A DNA stretch of 64,000 nt from Vulcanimicrobiota bacterium (GCA_963733295.1 CAVTCS010000003.1:1088001-1152000); one strand, 5' to 3'. Shown: positions 39,078 to 49,488, counted from the stretch's first letter. Made by a program: numbers and translations. Notes: generated by a model from the letters alone, not told the origin.

Positions 39078-40238
39078 ATGTTTCGTTATCTGACGGCGGG
39101 CGAATCGCACGGTCCGGCGCTCGTCGGCATCCTGGACGGCTTGCCCGCTAAGCTGCGACTCGACTTCGACGCGATCGACGCCGCGCTGCGCGCTCGCCAA
39201 GGCGGCTACGGGCGCGGCGCCCGCATGAAGATCGAGCGCGATGAAGTCGAGTTTTTGGCAGGTGTGCGCGGCGGGTTGACGCTCGGCTCGCCGATCGCGG
39301 TCGTCGTGCGCAATAAAGATTTCGAGAACAACCGCGCGCTGATGGATCCCCGCACGGGCGCCGGCAAGCCGCTCACCAACCCGCGACCGGGTCATACCGA
39401 CTACGCCGGCGCCTTGAAGTATCGCCAACGCGATCTGCGCAACGTCCTGGAACGCGCCAGCGCGCGTGAAACCGCAATGCGCGTCGCGCTGGGAGCGATT
39501 TGCGCCCAGTTCCTCGAGGCGCTCGGGATGCGCACGTTCGCGTACGTGACGCAAATCGGCGACGTCGTGGCGGACGAGCCTGAAACGATCGATCCGGAAC
39601 TCGTCACGGCAAGCGAAGTACGCTGCGCGGATCCTGTGGCCGAAGCGGCGATGCTCGCAGCAATCGACGCAGCCAAGGCAGCCGGCGATACGCTCGGAGG
39701 GACCTATACGATACGCGTGACGGGAGTGCCGGTCGGGCTGGGTTCGAACCGCCAACCCGACACGCGGCTCGACGGCATCTTGGCTGGAGCCTTGATGGGA
39801 ATGCAAACGGTCAAGGCCGTGGACGTCGGTGCGGGCCGGGAGGTCGCAGCGAAACGTGGCTCCGCGGCGCACGACGTCTTCGGTTTCGAGGACGGCAACG
39901 TCGTCCGGCCCTCGAATCGCGCCGGCGGCATCGAGGGCGGTATCTCCAACGGGCAAGACTTGATCTTACGCGCGAGCGTCAAACCGATCCCGACCTTGAT
40001 GAACGCTTTGCCTTCGGTCAACTTGCACGAGGGTAGCGTCGCGCCGGCATCGATCGTGCGCAGCGACGTGTGCGTCGTTCCGGCGGCATCGCTGGTCGGC
40101 GAGGCGATGGTTCGCCTCGCGCTGACCGGACCGGTGCTCGAGAAGTTCGGCGGCGACTCGATCGAGGAAACGGCCGACAACTTGAAGCGCGCCGTCGCTG
40201 CGGCGCAGGCGCTGTTCGAGACGACGCCGTCGCAGTGA
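39078..40238 (+). CDS. aroC: Chorismate synthase
   Basis: TAGESHG, PRPGH, ERASARET, GGIEGG, KPIPT, RSD. Confidence 0.96.
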   Translation: MFRYLTAGESHGPALVGILDGLPAKLRLDFDAIDAALRARQGGYGRGARMKIERDEVEFLAGVRGGLTLGSPIAVVVRNKDFENNRALMDPRTGAGKPLTNPRPGHTDYAGALKYRQRDLRNVLERASARETAMRVALGAICAQFLEALGMRTFAYVTQIGDVVADEPETIDPELVTASEVRCADPVAEAAMLAAIDAAKAAGDTLGGTYTIRVTGVPVGLGSNRQPDTRLDGILAGALMGMQTVKAVDVGAGREVAAKRGSAAHDVFGFEDGNVVRPSNRAGGIEGGISNGQDLILRASVKPIPTLMNALPSVNLHEGSVAPASIVRSDVCVVPAASLVGEAMVRLALTGPVLEKFGGDSIEETADNLKRAVAAAQALFETTPSQ

Positions 40239-40762
40239 AGCGCCACGTCGCGCTGATCGGATTCATGGGTGCGGGAAAGAGCACGATCGGCCGGCGCCTG
40301 GCGCGCGAACTGGAGTTGCCGTTCAGCGATAGCGACGAACTGATCGTCGCGCGCCACGGACCGATCGAAACGATTTTTGCACGCGACGGGAGCGCGGCGT
40401 TTCGCGAATATGAGTACGCCGCGGTTCGAGATCTGCTCGGCGGCACTCCGGCGGTCGTCGCGCTGGGAGGCGGGGCGGTGACGCACCAGCCGACGCGCGA
40501 TCTGTTGGCGCGGAGCGCGCTACGCATTTACCTCGAGGTGCCGCTCGACGCGCTGATCGCGCGGTTGCGGCGCTCGCGCACCGTTCGCCCGGTCATCGGC
40601 GAGGCGCCGACGCGTACGACGGTGCGCGCTCTGCTCGAGTCGCGCGAGCCGCTTTATCGCGAAGCGGAGATCGTGGTACATGCCGCGCGCCGCTCGAAGA
40701 GCGAACTGGCGCGCGAGATCGCTGCCGCGGTGCGTGCCACACGGGAGCCGTGCGCGCGGTGA
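40235..40762 (+). CDS. aroK: Shikimate kinase
   Basis: GFMGAGKST, FREYE, LGGG, REPLY. Confidence 0.93.
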   Translation: MKRHVALIGFMGAGKSTIGRRLARELELPFSDSDELIVARHGPIETIFARDGSAAFREYEYAAVRDLLGGTPAVVALGGGAVTHQPTRDLLARSALRIYLEVPLDALIARLRRSRTVRPVIGEAPTRTTVRALLESREPLYREAEIVVHAARRSKSELAREIAAAVRATREPCAR

Positions 40763-41832
40763 CGCGACTCGACGAGCTCGGGTACCCGGTCGTCATCGCC
40801 GAGCGCGCGGCACCGCAGGTTGCCGAATTTGCACGCGCCAGGAGCTACCGGCGGACGATCGTCCTGTGCGACCGCAACGTCGCCGAACGTGCCGGCGGCA
40901 TCGCACGCGCCCTCGGACGGGCCACGCCGGTGCTCCCCTTTGCGCTTGGCGAGAAGAAGAAAACGCTGGCGACCTTGGAGCGCATCCTGGACGCGCTCGC
41001 GGCGGAACGGGCCGACCGGGACACGCTCGTCGTCGGCGTCGGCGGCGGGGTGGCCGGCGACCTGTTCGGTCTAGCGGCTGCGCTCTACATGCGCGGCGTC
41101 GCGTTCGTCAACGTCGCGACCTCGCTGGTGGCGATGGTCGATGCCTCGGTCGGTGGAAAGACCGGCGTCGACCTCCGCGCCGGCAAGAATCTGGCGGGCG
41201 TCTTCCGCGATCCGAAAGCCGTGTTTTGCGACATCGGCGCGCTCGACACGCTGCCGGAACGGCACTTGCGCGAGGGCCTCGCGGAATTGCTCAAGCACGC
41301 GATCATCGAAGGGGGCGAGGCGTTCGACGCGCTCGAAACCCTCGCGCCGCACCCGCTGAGACAGTGGCCCTGGGAAACGGTCGTGACCGATTCGTTGCGC
41401 ATCAAGGCGATGATCGTCGGCGACGACAGGCTCGAAGCGGGAGCGCGTGCGACGCTTAATCTGGGTCACACCTTCGCGCACGCCATCGAGCGGAGCACGG
41501 AGTACCGCACCACGCACGGTCAAGCCGTCGCGATCGGCCTGCGCCTAGCCGGCTTGCTGGCGCTGCGGACAGGCCGCTTTTCTCCGGCCGAACATCTGCG
41601 CGTGCTTTCGCTGCTCGCGCTGCTGCGTTTGCCGATGAACCTTCCGAGCGACGACGTGGGCGGCGTGTACGAGGCGATGGGATCGGACAAGAAGGCACGC
41701 GCCGGCGAGCTCCGCTTCGTCTTGCCGCGCGCGCTGGGTGACGTCGAGTACGGCATCGCCGTGCCGGCGCGTTCTGTCCGGGCGGTGCTGGCGCGCGCGC
41801 GGTCGAGTCCAGGAGCCGCAGAGTTTCGTTGA
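40750..41832 (+). CDS. aroB: 3-dehydroquinate synthase
   Basis: GGGVAGD, DASVGGKT, LNLGHTFAHAIE, DKK. Confidence 0.95.
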   Translation: MRAVTRLDELGYPVVIAERAAPQVAEFARARSYRRTIVLCDRNVAERAGGIARALGRATPVLPFALGEKKKTLATLERILDALAAERADRDTLVVGVGGGVAGDLFGLAAALYMRGVAFVNVATSLVAMVDASVGGKTGVDLRAGKNLAGVFRDPKAVFCDIGALDTLPERHLREGLAELLKHAIIEGGEAFDALETLAPHPLRQWPWETVVTDSLRIKAMIVGDDRLEAGARATLNLGHTFAHAIERSTEYRTTHGQAVAIGLRLAGLLALRTGRFSPAEHLRVLSLLALLRLPMNLPSDDVGGVYEAMGSDKKARAGELRFVLPRALGDVEYGIAVPARSVRAVLARARSSPGAAEFR

Positions 41833-44216
41833 TCCGACTCGTCGACGTCGTCGTGCAACAGCGCACGGCCGCCGTCGATCGTCCGCTGACCTATCTCCTT
41901 CCGGCCGGCTTGGAGCTGAGCGTGGGCGATGTCGTTCGCGTTCCACTCGGTCCGCGCGAGGTGTATGCCTTCGTCGTCGCCGGACCGCGAACGGGCGAGG
42001 CGGCGGCGAACCTGCGGGCGGTCGCGGCACGCGTCGAGGGTCTCCCCGCGTTCGACACCGCGGGGCTCGCGCTGGCGCACTGGATTGCGGAGCACTATTG
42101 CTGCACGCTCGCCGAAGCGCTCGGTCCGATGATCTACGGCGCTGCGTTGCCGCGGGCCGTCGATCGCTTCGCACCCTCCGCGGCCTTCGAGACGCCGCGT
42201 CTTGCTAGCGTTCCGCCGCGCTTGACGCGGCTGATAGCCGAAGATCTGCGCGAGGGCTTTACGTTGGACGCGTTGCTGCGCCATCCCGAAGCGCGACGTG
42301 CGGGTGATCGCCGGGCGCTCCTGCGCGCGCTGTCGGCCCTCGTGCGCAGCGGCGCGCTGATGCGCTCGCGCACTTTCGCGGCGGCTCGCATGAGCGAGGC
42401 GCGCGAGAAGTACCTCGAAGTGGCCGGCGCGCAGGCAGGCGGGCCACGCGTCCGCGCCTTGCTCGAGCTCGTCCGCGAGGAGGGGACGCTGCGTCGCAGC
42501 GATGCCTTACTTTCGGGTTTTTCGCAAGGCGTGATCGCGCGAGCGTTGCGCGAGGGTGCGTTGAGCGAGACGTCGCAGCGCGCCGGACGACGCCCTCGTC
42601 GAAGCGCACCAGAAGAGCAAGGCTTCATCGCGACCGGCGAGCAGCAGAGGGCGATCGACCAGATCGTCGCGCGGATCGAGTCCGGAGCGTTCGCGGAATT
42701 ACTCTTGCAGGGCGTTACCGGCAGCGGCAAGACCCTGGTGTATATTCGCGCGATCGCGCGAACGCTGGCATTGGGCGGCCGCGCGATCGTTCTCGTCCCG
42801 GAGATTGCTCTCACGCCGCAGACCGCGCGCCGCTTCGAGAGCGCTTTCGGCGAGCGCGTTGCGGTGCTCCACTCGGCACTGTCCGAACGCGAACGCTTCG
42901 ACAGCTGGCACGCTGCCGCGCGCGGCGAGGTCGACGTCGTCGTAGGCGCGCGGAGCGCCGTTTTCGCGCCGCTCCCGGGATTGCGCCTGATCGCGGTCGA
43001 CGAGGCGCACGAGCGCAGCTACAAGCAAGAGGGCGTGCCGCGGTACAACGCGGTCGACGTGGCGCGCGAACGGATGCGACGGCTCGGCGGCGTCGTGGTA
43101 TTCGGAAGCGCCACGCCGCCCCTCGAAATCTACGCGAAGGCGTTGGCCGGTGCCGTTCCACACCTGCGCCTCGCGCGGCGCGCGAGCGATCAGGAGCTTC
43201 CGCAAACGATCGTCGTCAACATGGCGGCCGAGTTCGAGCGCGGCAACCGGCGCATCTTCAGTTCGACGCTGGTCGACGGCATCGCCAAACGTTTGGAGCG
43301 GCGCGAGAAAGTCGTGCTCTTCGTGAACCGCCGCGGGACCGCCGGCTTCATGTTGTGCCGGGCCTGCGGATCGGTTCCCGAGTGCGCGCGCTGCAGCATC
43401 TCGCTGACGGTTCATCGCGGCGAAGGTCTCCTGCGCTGTCATCTGTGTGACGCGCAGCGACCGATCCCGCAGTCGTGCCCGGTATGCCGCCAGGGTCCGA
43501 TTCGCGAGTTCGGCGCCGGCACGCAAAAGGTCGTCGAGACGGCTCAGGGGCTCTTTCCCGGAGCGCGCATCACGCGCATGGATGGCGACACGACGACCCG
43601 AGTGGGCGATCATGCGCGCCTGCTGGACGAATTCGAACTGCGCGGCGACATCCTGGTCGGAACGCAGATGGTCGCGAAGGGTCTCGATTTTCCGAACGTG
43701 ACACTGGTCGGCGTCGTCGCTGCCGACATCGGCTTGCACCTTCCCGAGTTCCGCGCTGCGGAACGCAGCTTCGACCTGCTGACGCAAGTGGCGGGCCGCA
43801 GCGGCCGCGCCGTTCCCGGCGAGGCCATCGTCCAAACGTATTCACCGGACCATCCGGCCTTGCGCTTCGCGGCGCGGCACGATTTTGACGGGTTCGCTGC
43901 GCACGAGCTCGAGCTGCGGCGCGAACTCAGCTATCCGCCCTTCGCCGAGCTCATCGCGCTGGGCGTGATCGGCCGAAAGCGCGAAGCGGTCGTCGAGGCT
44001 GCGGAGCGCTATGCGGCCGAGCTGCGCCGGACAGCCGACGCCGAGGTTCTGGGGCCGGCGCCGTTTCCGATCGCGCGTGTGAACGAGGAGTGGCGCTACC
44101 GGGTCGCTCTGAAAACCCACTCGGGCGCCGAGGTCCGGCGGATCATTCGCGAACGCCTCGCGCCCGCGGCTCGAGCCGATCGGGCGACCAGGCTTGCGGT
44201 CAACGTGGACCCTTAG
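41829..44216 (+). CDS. priA: Primosomal protein N'
   Basis: GVTGSGKT, DEAHE, four CxxC, GTQMVAKG, QVAGRSGR. Confidence 0.96.
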   Translation: MIRLVDVVVQQRTAAVDRPLTYLLPAGLELSVGDVVRVPLGPREVYAFVVAGPRTGEAAANLRAVAARVEGLPAFDTAGLALAHWIAEHYCCTLAEALGPMIYGAALPRAVDRFAPSAAFETPRLASVPPRLTRLIAEDLREGFTLDALLRHPEARRAGDRRALLRALSALVRSGALMRSRTFAAARMSEAREKYLEVAGAQAGGPRVRALLELVREEGTLRRSDALLSGFSQGVIARALREGALSETSQRAGRRPRRSAPEEQGFIATGEQQRAIDQIVARIESGAFAELLLQGVTGSGKTLVYIRAIARTLALGGRAIVLVPEIALTPQTARRFESAFGERVAVLHSALSERERFDSWHAAARGEVDVVVGARSAVFAPLPGLRLIAVDEAHERSYKQEGVPRYNAVDVARERMRRLGGVVVFGSATPPLEIYAKALAGAVPHLRLARRASDQELPQTIVVNMAAEFERGNRRIFSSTLVDGIAKRLERREKVVLFVNRRGTAGFMLCRACGSVPECARCSISLTVHRGEGLLRCHLCDAQRPIPQSCPVCRQGPIREFGAGTQKVVETAQGLFPGARITRMDGDTTTRVGDHARLLDEFELRGDILVGTQMVAKGLDFPNVTLVGVVAADIGLHLPEFRAAERSFDLLTQVAGRSGRAVPGEAIVQTYSPDHPALRFAARHDFDGFAAHELELRRELSYPPFAELIALGVIGRKREAVVEAAERYAAELRRTADAEVLGPAPFPIARVNEEWRYRVALKTHSGAEVRRIIRERLAPAARADRATRLAVNVDP

Positions 44217-44224
44217 CGGAGCGG

Positions 44225-44389
44225 CTAGGGACCAGTGACGCTCCCGCCGGTCGTGGCGTCGTTGCTGATGGTCGAGCTGATGGTGGTTCCGAGAACCAGC
44301 AGCGCACCGATCGCTACCATGGCGACCAGGGCGAGGATAAGACCGTATTCGACGATTCCGAACGCGGCTTCGTCGTGCCAGAAGCTCAT
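44225..44389 (-). CDS. Flp/Fap type IVb(c) pilin
   Basis: MSFWHDEAA-FGIVEYGLILALVAMVAIGALL: EY motif followed by a hydrophobic helix; 54 aa. Confidence 0.82.
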   Translation of the reverse strand: MSFWHDEAAFGIVEYGLILALVAMVAIGALLVLGTTISSTISNDATTGGSVTGP

Positions 44390-44439
44390 AGCCACAGTAT
44401 AGAAATTCTCGGGAAAAAGCGCTTGGCCCGCTCTCCGAA

Positions 44440-44455
44440 CGTGAGCGATATCACA
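44440..44455. promoter_or_regulatory. CRP/FNR-family-like site between the divergent pilin and phaC genes
   Basis: CGTGA-N6-TCACA, 9/10 match to TGTGA-N6-TCACA. Confidence 0.5.
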
Positions 44456-44554
44456 TGGGACCTTTGGCCCTAGCAAATCGCGCGCGGCATCACTTCCACC
44501 GTTTCCGGGGATGCGCAGGGCGTCACTCCGGGGGGCCCTAACTCGGTTCACACC

Positions 44555-46285
44555 ATGGTTATCGACAAAGATGAAGGTCAAGTCCAGCCTTCGGGCCTCA
44601 CAAATGTGGCCGGCAGCACGGACGCGGACCCGAATCCGCTCGATCCTCTTGGAATCGGCAGGGCCTCCCTCGAGGTGTGGCAGGCCTTGCTCGCGCAGCC
44701 GCAAGGTCTGGCCGAAGCTCAAACGCAGTTCGCCGCCCAATGGCTGGGCCTCGCGGCCCGCACCTGGGCGCCGGTTCCCGGCGGCACGACCCCGATCATC
44801 GAGCCCGCACCGGGCGACGCGCGCTTCAAGCACCCCGCTTGGAGCGAGAATCCGGTGTTCGATGCGCTCAAACAGGGCTATCTCCTCGCGACGAAGGCGA
44901 TGCTCGACGGGATAGATCGGGCGGAAGGCATCGACGCCGAGACCAAAGCCCGAGTGAAATTCTTCGCAAAGCAGTTTTGCGACGCGATGAGCCCGACCAA
45001 CGTACCTTTTTTGAACCCGGCGGTGATCGAGGAAACGCTGCGCACGGGCGGAGCGAACCTGCAGCGCGGCGCTCAAAACGTCGCCGAAGATCTGGCGGAG
45101 AACAACGGCCGCCCAGCGCTGGTCGACAAGACGGCTTTTACCGTCGGTGAGAACGTGGCCACGACGAAAGGTGCGGTGGTCTACCGCAACGACCTCATCG
45201 AGCTGATTCAGTACGCGCCGACGACCGAAACCGTTTTCGCGCGACCGCTCGTGATCACGCCGCCCTCGATCAACAAGTTCTATATCCTCGATCTGCAGCC
45301 GGCGAATAGCCTGATCAAGTTCGCTCTGGACGCCGGCCTGCAGACGTTCGTCGTTTCTTGGCGCAATCCGGACGCCTCGTACGCGCGCGTCGGCTGGGAA
45401 GATTACATCGAGCTCGGCCCGCTGACTGCCGCGCGCGTCAGTTCGGGAATCACCGGAAGCCCCGACGTCAACGCGATCGGGTACTGCATTGGCGGGACCA
45501 TGGTCGCAGAACTTCTCGCGTATCTCGCGCGCACCGGCGAAACGCTGATGAACGCGGTGACGTTCTTGGCGGCGCTGACCGACTTTGCGGACGCCGGTGA
45601 CTTGCGCGCCTTTCTGAGCGACGACGCGATCGCGTACCTCGAGAAGAAGATGGACGAGGAGGGCTTCTTCGACAGCGGCGAGATGGCCGACACGTTCAAC
45701 ATGTTGCGCGCCAACGACCTCATCTGGAACGTCGCGGTCAACCGCTACCTGTTGGGCAAGAACGCTCCGGCCTTCGATCTGCTCTACTGGAACAGCGATG
45801 CGACGCGTTTGCCCGCCGCGATGCACAAGTACTACCTGCGCCACATGTATCGGAATAACGATCTCGTCAAACCCGACGTTCTTGAAATGCGTGGAACCCC
45901 GATCGACTTGCGCCGGGTCAAGAACGACGTCTACGCAGTGGCCTCGCGCGAAGATCACATCGCGCCGTGGCGCGCAGTCTACCGGATGACGCAGCTATTT
46001 TCAGGCGACACGCGGTTCCGGCTGGCGAACTCGGGTCACATCGCCGGCATCGTCAATCCGCCCGGCAGCGGCAAGGGCCTGTACTTCACGGCGCCGTCGA
46101 ATCCACCGGATCCCGAAGCTTGGCTCAAGCTTGCCGAAGAGCGGCGCGGCTCGTGGTGGACGGATTGGATCGCGTGGCTCGCGGAGCGGTCCGGCGAACG
46201 GATCCCCGCGCCGGAAACGCTCGGTTCGAAGCGCTTTGCGCCGCTCGAAGCCGCTCCCGGCAGCTACGTTCTGCAGAAATCCTAA
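44555..46285 (+). CDS. phaC: Class I polyhydroxyalkanoate synthase
   Basis: INKFYILDL, SWRNP, GYCIGG lipase box, DHIAPW, SGHIAG, GSWW. Confidence 0.95.
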   Translation: MVIDKDEGQVQPSGLTNVAGSTDADPNPLDPLGIGRASLEVWQALLAQPQGLAEAQTQFAAQWLGLAARTWAPVPGGTTPIIEPAPGDARFKHPAWSENPVFDALKQGYLLATKAMLDGIDRAEGIDAETKARVKFFAKQFCDAMSPTNVPFLNPAVIEETLRTGGANLQRGAQNVAEDLAENNGRPALVDKTAFTVGENVATTKGAVVYRNDLIELIQYAPTTETVFARPLVITPPSINKFYILDLQPANSLIKFALDAGLQTFVVSWRNPDASYARVGWEDYIELGPLTAARVSSGITGSPDVNAIGYCIGGTMVAELLAYLARTGETLMNAVTFLAALTDFADAGDLRAFLSDDAIAYLEKKMDEEGFFDSGEMADTFNMLRANDLIWNVAVNRYLLGKNAPAFDLLYWNSDATRLPAAMHKYYLRHMYRNNDLVKPDVLEMRGTPIDLRRVKNDVYAVASREDHIAPWRAVYRMTQLFSGDTRFRLANSGHIAGIVNPPGSGKGLYFTAPSNPPDPEAWLKLAEERRGSWWTDWIAWLAERSGERIPAPETLGSKRFAPLEAAPGSYVLQKS

Positions 46286-46293
46286 CACCGCGA

Positions 46294-47574
46294 TTGCAAC
46301 GAATCCCGGATCTGCGCTTTGGCCGGGCGCCGCTGCCCGAGCCGTCACCCGGTGTCGATCCGGCCGGCGATGCGCTGGCTCTCGTCGCGCGCGGGACGGA
46401 ATCGCCTGCGCTCGCCCCGGTCCCGGGACGGCTCGCGTTCGGCTCGCTCGGGCCGGGCCAGCGCTACGTCGTGCGCCTGCCGGATGCGTGGAACGGGAAA
46501 CTGGTCGCGGCCGGGACACCGGCCACGCGCAGCGAGTTCGCGAGCGACTTGATCTGGTGCGAGTACGCGCTGTCGCGCGGCTATGCGTTCGCGGCCGGCA
46601 ACAAAGGCATTCCGTTCAACGGAATCCTCGAGCAGGCACCGGGCGACCGCCTCACCTACGAGCTTCCATTCGATCTGCCCGGTGTGGCCCTGCGCGGGAA
46701 ACGGATACGCTTCGGAGCGCTCGACCCGCAACCGATGTCGCTCTTGAAATGGTACGACGATTACGCGAATACGATCGAAACGGCACGCGCCTTGATCGGC
46801 GATGCGACCGGACGCGAACCCGAGCGCACCTACGCGGTCGGTCTTTCGTACGGCGGTTCGCAGGTGCGCAAACTTTTGGAGACGCGCCCCGATCTCGCCG
46901 ACGGTGGCGTGGAGTGGGCTTCGGTGTTCTGGTCTCCGGCGCGTCACCTTTTGAAGTTGTTGCCGGGGTTTTTACGCATCATGCCGCGGTACGTGCAAAG
47001 CGGCTATCGCGACCGCAAAGCGCACGCTGAGATCGTCGCGCTCGGATTTCCGCCCGATCGAACCCAGGACGATCCGCTGCATCCCTCGCTGTGGGCCGAC
47101 TACTACTCGAATTCGCTGCCGTTCTATAACGACGTCACTACCTTCGTGTTCGGCCGGCTCATCGATCCGGACTCACCCGACGACTTCGGACTCGAAGAGC
47201 GCGCCGGATACGTTCCGTCAGCGGCGGCCCAAGAAACGGTCGCGTCGATCGCGCACAGCGGCGCGCTGAAAAGGCCCCTGATCGGAATAGCCGGGAACGC
47301 CGACGTCTTCGTGACGCCCGAGGATAACCTCAAGGGGTACGCTGCGGCGGTCGAAGCGTCGGGTGCTTCAGAGAACTACCGCGCATATCTCGTCGACGAC
47401 GGAACGCACGTGGACGGCTTCACCGGCTTTGGTTATGGACTTCAGCCGCAGCTTCCGTTCGCGTGGGCCGCGTTCGAACAGCTCGAGCGCATCGTCGAGC
47501 GCGGTGCGAAGCCGGAAGGAACCGGCAGCGTGCGCAGCGTCGCGAAACCGGCGGAGATCTCCGCCGCGGGTTAG
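46294..47574 (+). CDS. Alpha/beta hydrolase (tannase / 3-hydroxybutyrate-oligomer hydrolase-like)
   Basis: GLSYGG nucleophile elbow, G.AD, GTHVD; TTG start 8 nt after phaC. Confidence 0.7.
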   Translation: MQRIPDLRFGRAPLPEPSPGVDPAGDALALVARGTESPALAPVPGRLAFGSLGPGQRYVVRLPDAWNGKLVAAGTPATRSEFASDLIWCEYALSRGYAFAAGNKGIPFNGILEQAPGDRLTYELPFDLPGVALRGKRIRFGALDPQPMSLLKWYDDYANTIETARALIGDATGREPERTYAVGLSYGGSQVRKLLETRPDLADGGVEWASVFWSPARHLLKLLPGFLRIMPRYVQSGYRDRKAHAEIVALGFPPDRTQDDPLHPSLWADYYSNSLPFYNDVTTFVFGRLIDPDSPDDFGLEERAGYVPSAAAQETVASIAHSGALKRPLIGIAGNADVFVTPEDNLKGYAAAVEASGASENYRAYLVDDGTHVDGFTGFGYGLQPQLPFAWAAFEQLERIVERGAKPEGTGSVRSVAKPAEISAAG

Positions 47575-47885
47575 GCCGGCTGGGCTTTCGTCTTCTTGCG
47601 GCCCGGCGACGTCTTGGCGGCGGCGCCTTTCGGCGCGGCGAGCGCGGCCTGAGCGCGGACGGCGCGGGCTAGCCGGGATTTCTTGCGGGCAGCTTTATTC
47701 GGGTGGATGACGCCCTTGGTGGCGGCCTTGTCGAACTGGCTTTCGACGGCCGCGGCGAGCGACAAGTCGCCGCTCTGACGCGCTTTCTTGAAAAGCGTCT
47801 TGAGGCGCGTCTTGACGTCCCGGTTCCGTTCGGTACGTCGTTCAGACTGACGGGCCCACTTCACGGCGGCTTTGATATTCGGCAA
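47571..47885 (-). CDS. rpsT: 30S ribosomal protein S20
   Basis: PNIKAA.K, DKAA.KGVIHPNKAARKKSRL; extended -10 TGATACAAT at 47934-47942. Confidence 0.95.
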   Translation of the reverse strand: MPNIKAAVKWARQSERRTERNRDVKTRLKTLFKKARQSGDLSLAAAVESQFDKAATKGVIHPNKAARKKSRLARAVRAQAALAAPKGAAAKTSPGRKKTKAQPA

Positions 47886-47981
47886 ACGCGATCTCCGGGA
47901 AAACGAGGTTGGGCCCCTTTGGGCACGCGCGGCATTGTATCACAGGCGGCCAGCGGGGTCCAGGCGCCCCGGACCTACGGG

Positions 47982-48869
47982 TTAGCGGGCGCCGCTGCGT
48001 TCCAAAATCGCCAGGTAACTCGAATAGCGCGACCCGGCAACCAGGCCTCGCTCCGTCGCGAGGCGCACGGCGCAGTCCGGTTCGCTGCGGTGCGTGCAGT
48101 CGCGGAAGCGGCAGGCTGGGACGAGCGGCCCGAACTCTACAAAGCCTGCGGCGACCTCGGCCGGTCCCAGACCGGTGAGCTCGAACTCGCCGACGCCCGG
48201 ACTGTCGATCAGAAAGCCGTCACGGAAGCGATGCAAGCGCCCGGCCGTCGTGGTTTGCTTGCCTTGTCCGGTCTTCGAGACGTCGCCGACTTCGCCGGAG
48301 CCGCCGAGAGCGCCGAAGAGCGTGCTCTTTCCGACACCGGACTGCCCGATAAGCAACGTGGAGTGCGTCTCGAGGGCCGCCTCGAGCCCTTCGAGGCCCT
48401 CACCGGTCTTCGGATTGATGATGCTGACGCCATAGCCGAGGGTCGCGTAGAGTCCGCGGATCGCCTCGCGCAGTTCGCCTTCGACGAGATCCGGCTTGGT
48501 CAGGATGAGCCGCGCTTCGATTGCGTGGATGCGGGCGAAAGCGAGCAGTTCGTCGATCATCGCGAGGTGCGGCGCCGGCCGCGCCAGCGCGGACACGATT
48601 GCGATGCCGTCGATGTTCGCCGCCATGGTCTTGGTCCGTCCGCCGGGCGTGGTCCGATCGAGCGCGAAGCTGCGCGGTTCGCGCCGCTCGACCACCGCAC
48701 GTTCGCCGTCCAGCGGGCGCGCGAGGACCAGGTCTCCCGGGACGAGTGTTTGGCGCTCGAGCTGCTTGCGCAACGAGGCCACGTGCAAATCCGGCGCGTT
48801 CTCGAACGCGATCCACGCTGCGTTCCGACCGACGCTAACGACCCGTGCCGCACGAACGTCGTCAGGCAT
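47982..48869 (-). CDS. rsgA: Ribosome small subunit-dependent GTPase A
   Basis: TKPD, GQSGVGKS, DSPG, CRFRDCTH..EPDC. Confidence 0.93.
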   Translation of the reverse strand: MPDDVRAARVVSVGRNAAWIAFENAPDLHVASLRKQLERQTLVPGDLVLARPLDGERAVVERREPRSFALDRTTPGGRTKTMAANIDGIAIVSALARPAPHLAMIDELLAFARIHAIEARLILTKPDLVEGELREAIRGLYATLGYGVSIINPKTGEGLEGLEAALETHSTLLIGQSGVGKSTLFGALGGSGEVGDVSKTGQGKQTTTAGRLHRFRDGFLIDSPGVGEFELTGLGPAEVAAGFVEFGPLVPACRFRDCTHRSEPDCAVRLATERGLVAGSRYSSYLAILERSGAR

Positions 48870-48936
48870 CGGCCCGCATGACTCGGCCCCTAGAACGTGA
48901 AAGAATGAAAGTGGCCCCGACGGTCAAGGATGCGAA

Positions 48937-49488
48937 GTGGAGAGGCTAGTAAGCGTACGATTCGATCGCGTGCTCGCGGATGACGAGCGTGACGAGTTGA
49001 CGCGCGGTCTCCGTTCGGCCGGCATCGGGGCCGGACCCTGGCGAACGCCGTCAGGAAGCGGACGCACCTACACGCTGCTGAGATTCGAAGCGGGGGCGAT
49101 TCCGGAGATACTGGAGCGCCGCGGCGCGCGCGTGCACGAGCCGGCACTGACGATTCTCGAAATCGCGCCCGATCGCGCGGAACACGCGAGGTCGCTTGCC
49201 GCTGCGCTCGGCGGGGACGGTGCGCCTTCGGGCGTTCTGGACTGCCTTGAATTGCCCGCGTCGATACTGATCGAGCTCGACGAAGCGCGGACGCCGCTCG
49301 CGACGATCGTCGATGTGGTGGATATCGAACTGGGGGGAGCTGGGGGACGGCGCATCACCCCCGTGCTCGGATTGAGCGACGAGCGACTCGCGGCGTTCGC
49401 GGCCGCGCTTTTGTCCGACCCGGAGCTCGATGCGTCGCGCCTCATCGAAACGTACACCGATTCGCTGCGTCCGGCGTTGCACCGGTGA
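48937..49488 (+). CDS. Hypothetical protein, first gene of the cdaA operon
   Basis: ORF with GTGA overlap into cdaA. Confidence 0.65.
   Translation: MERLVSVRFDRVLADDERDELTRGLRSAGIGAGPWRTPSGSGRTYTLLRFEAGAIPEILERRGARVHEPALTILEIAPDRAEHARSLAAALGGDGAPSGVLDCLELPASILIELDEARTPLATIVDVVDIELGGAGGRRITPVLGLSDERLAAFAAALLSDPELDASRLIETYTDSLRPALHR

Noticed and set aside
44390..45958. 577-aa minus-strand ORF
   Set aside because: Antisense shadow of phaC, typical of high-GC DNA; only the last 54 codons (Flp pilin) are credible
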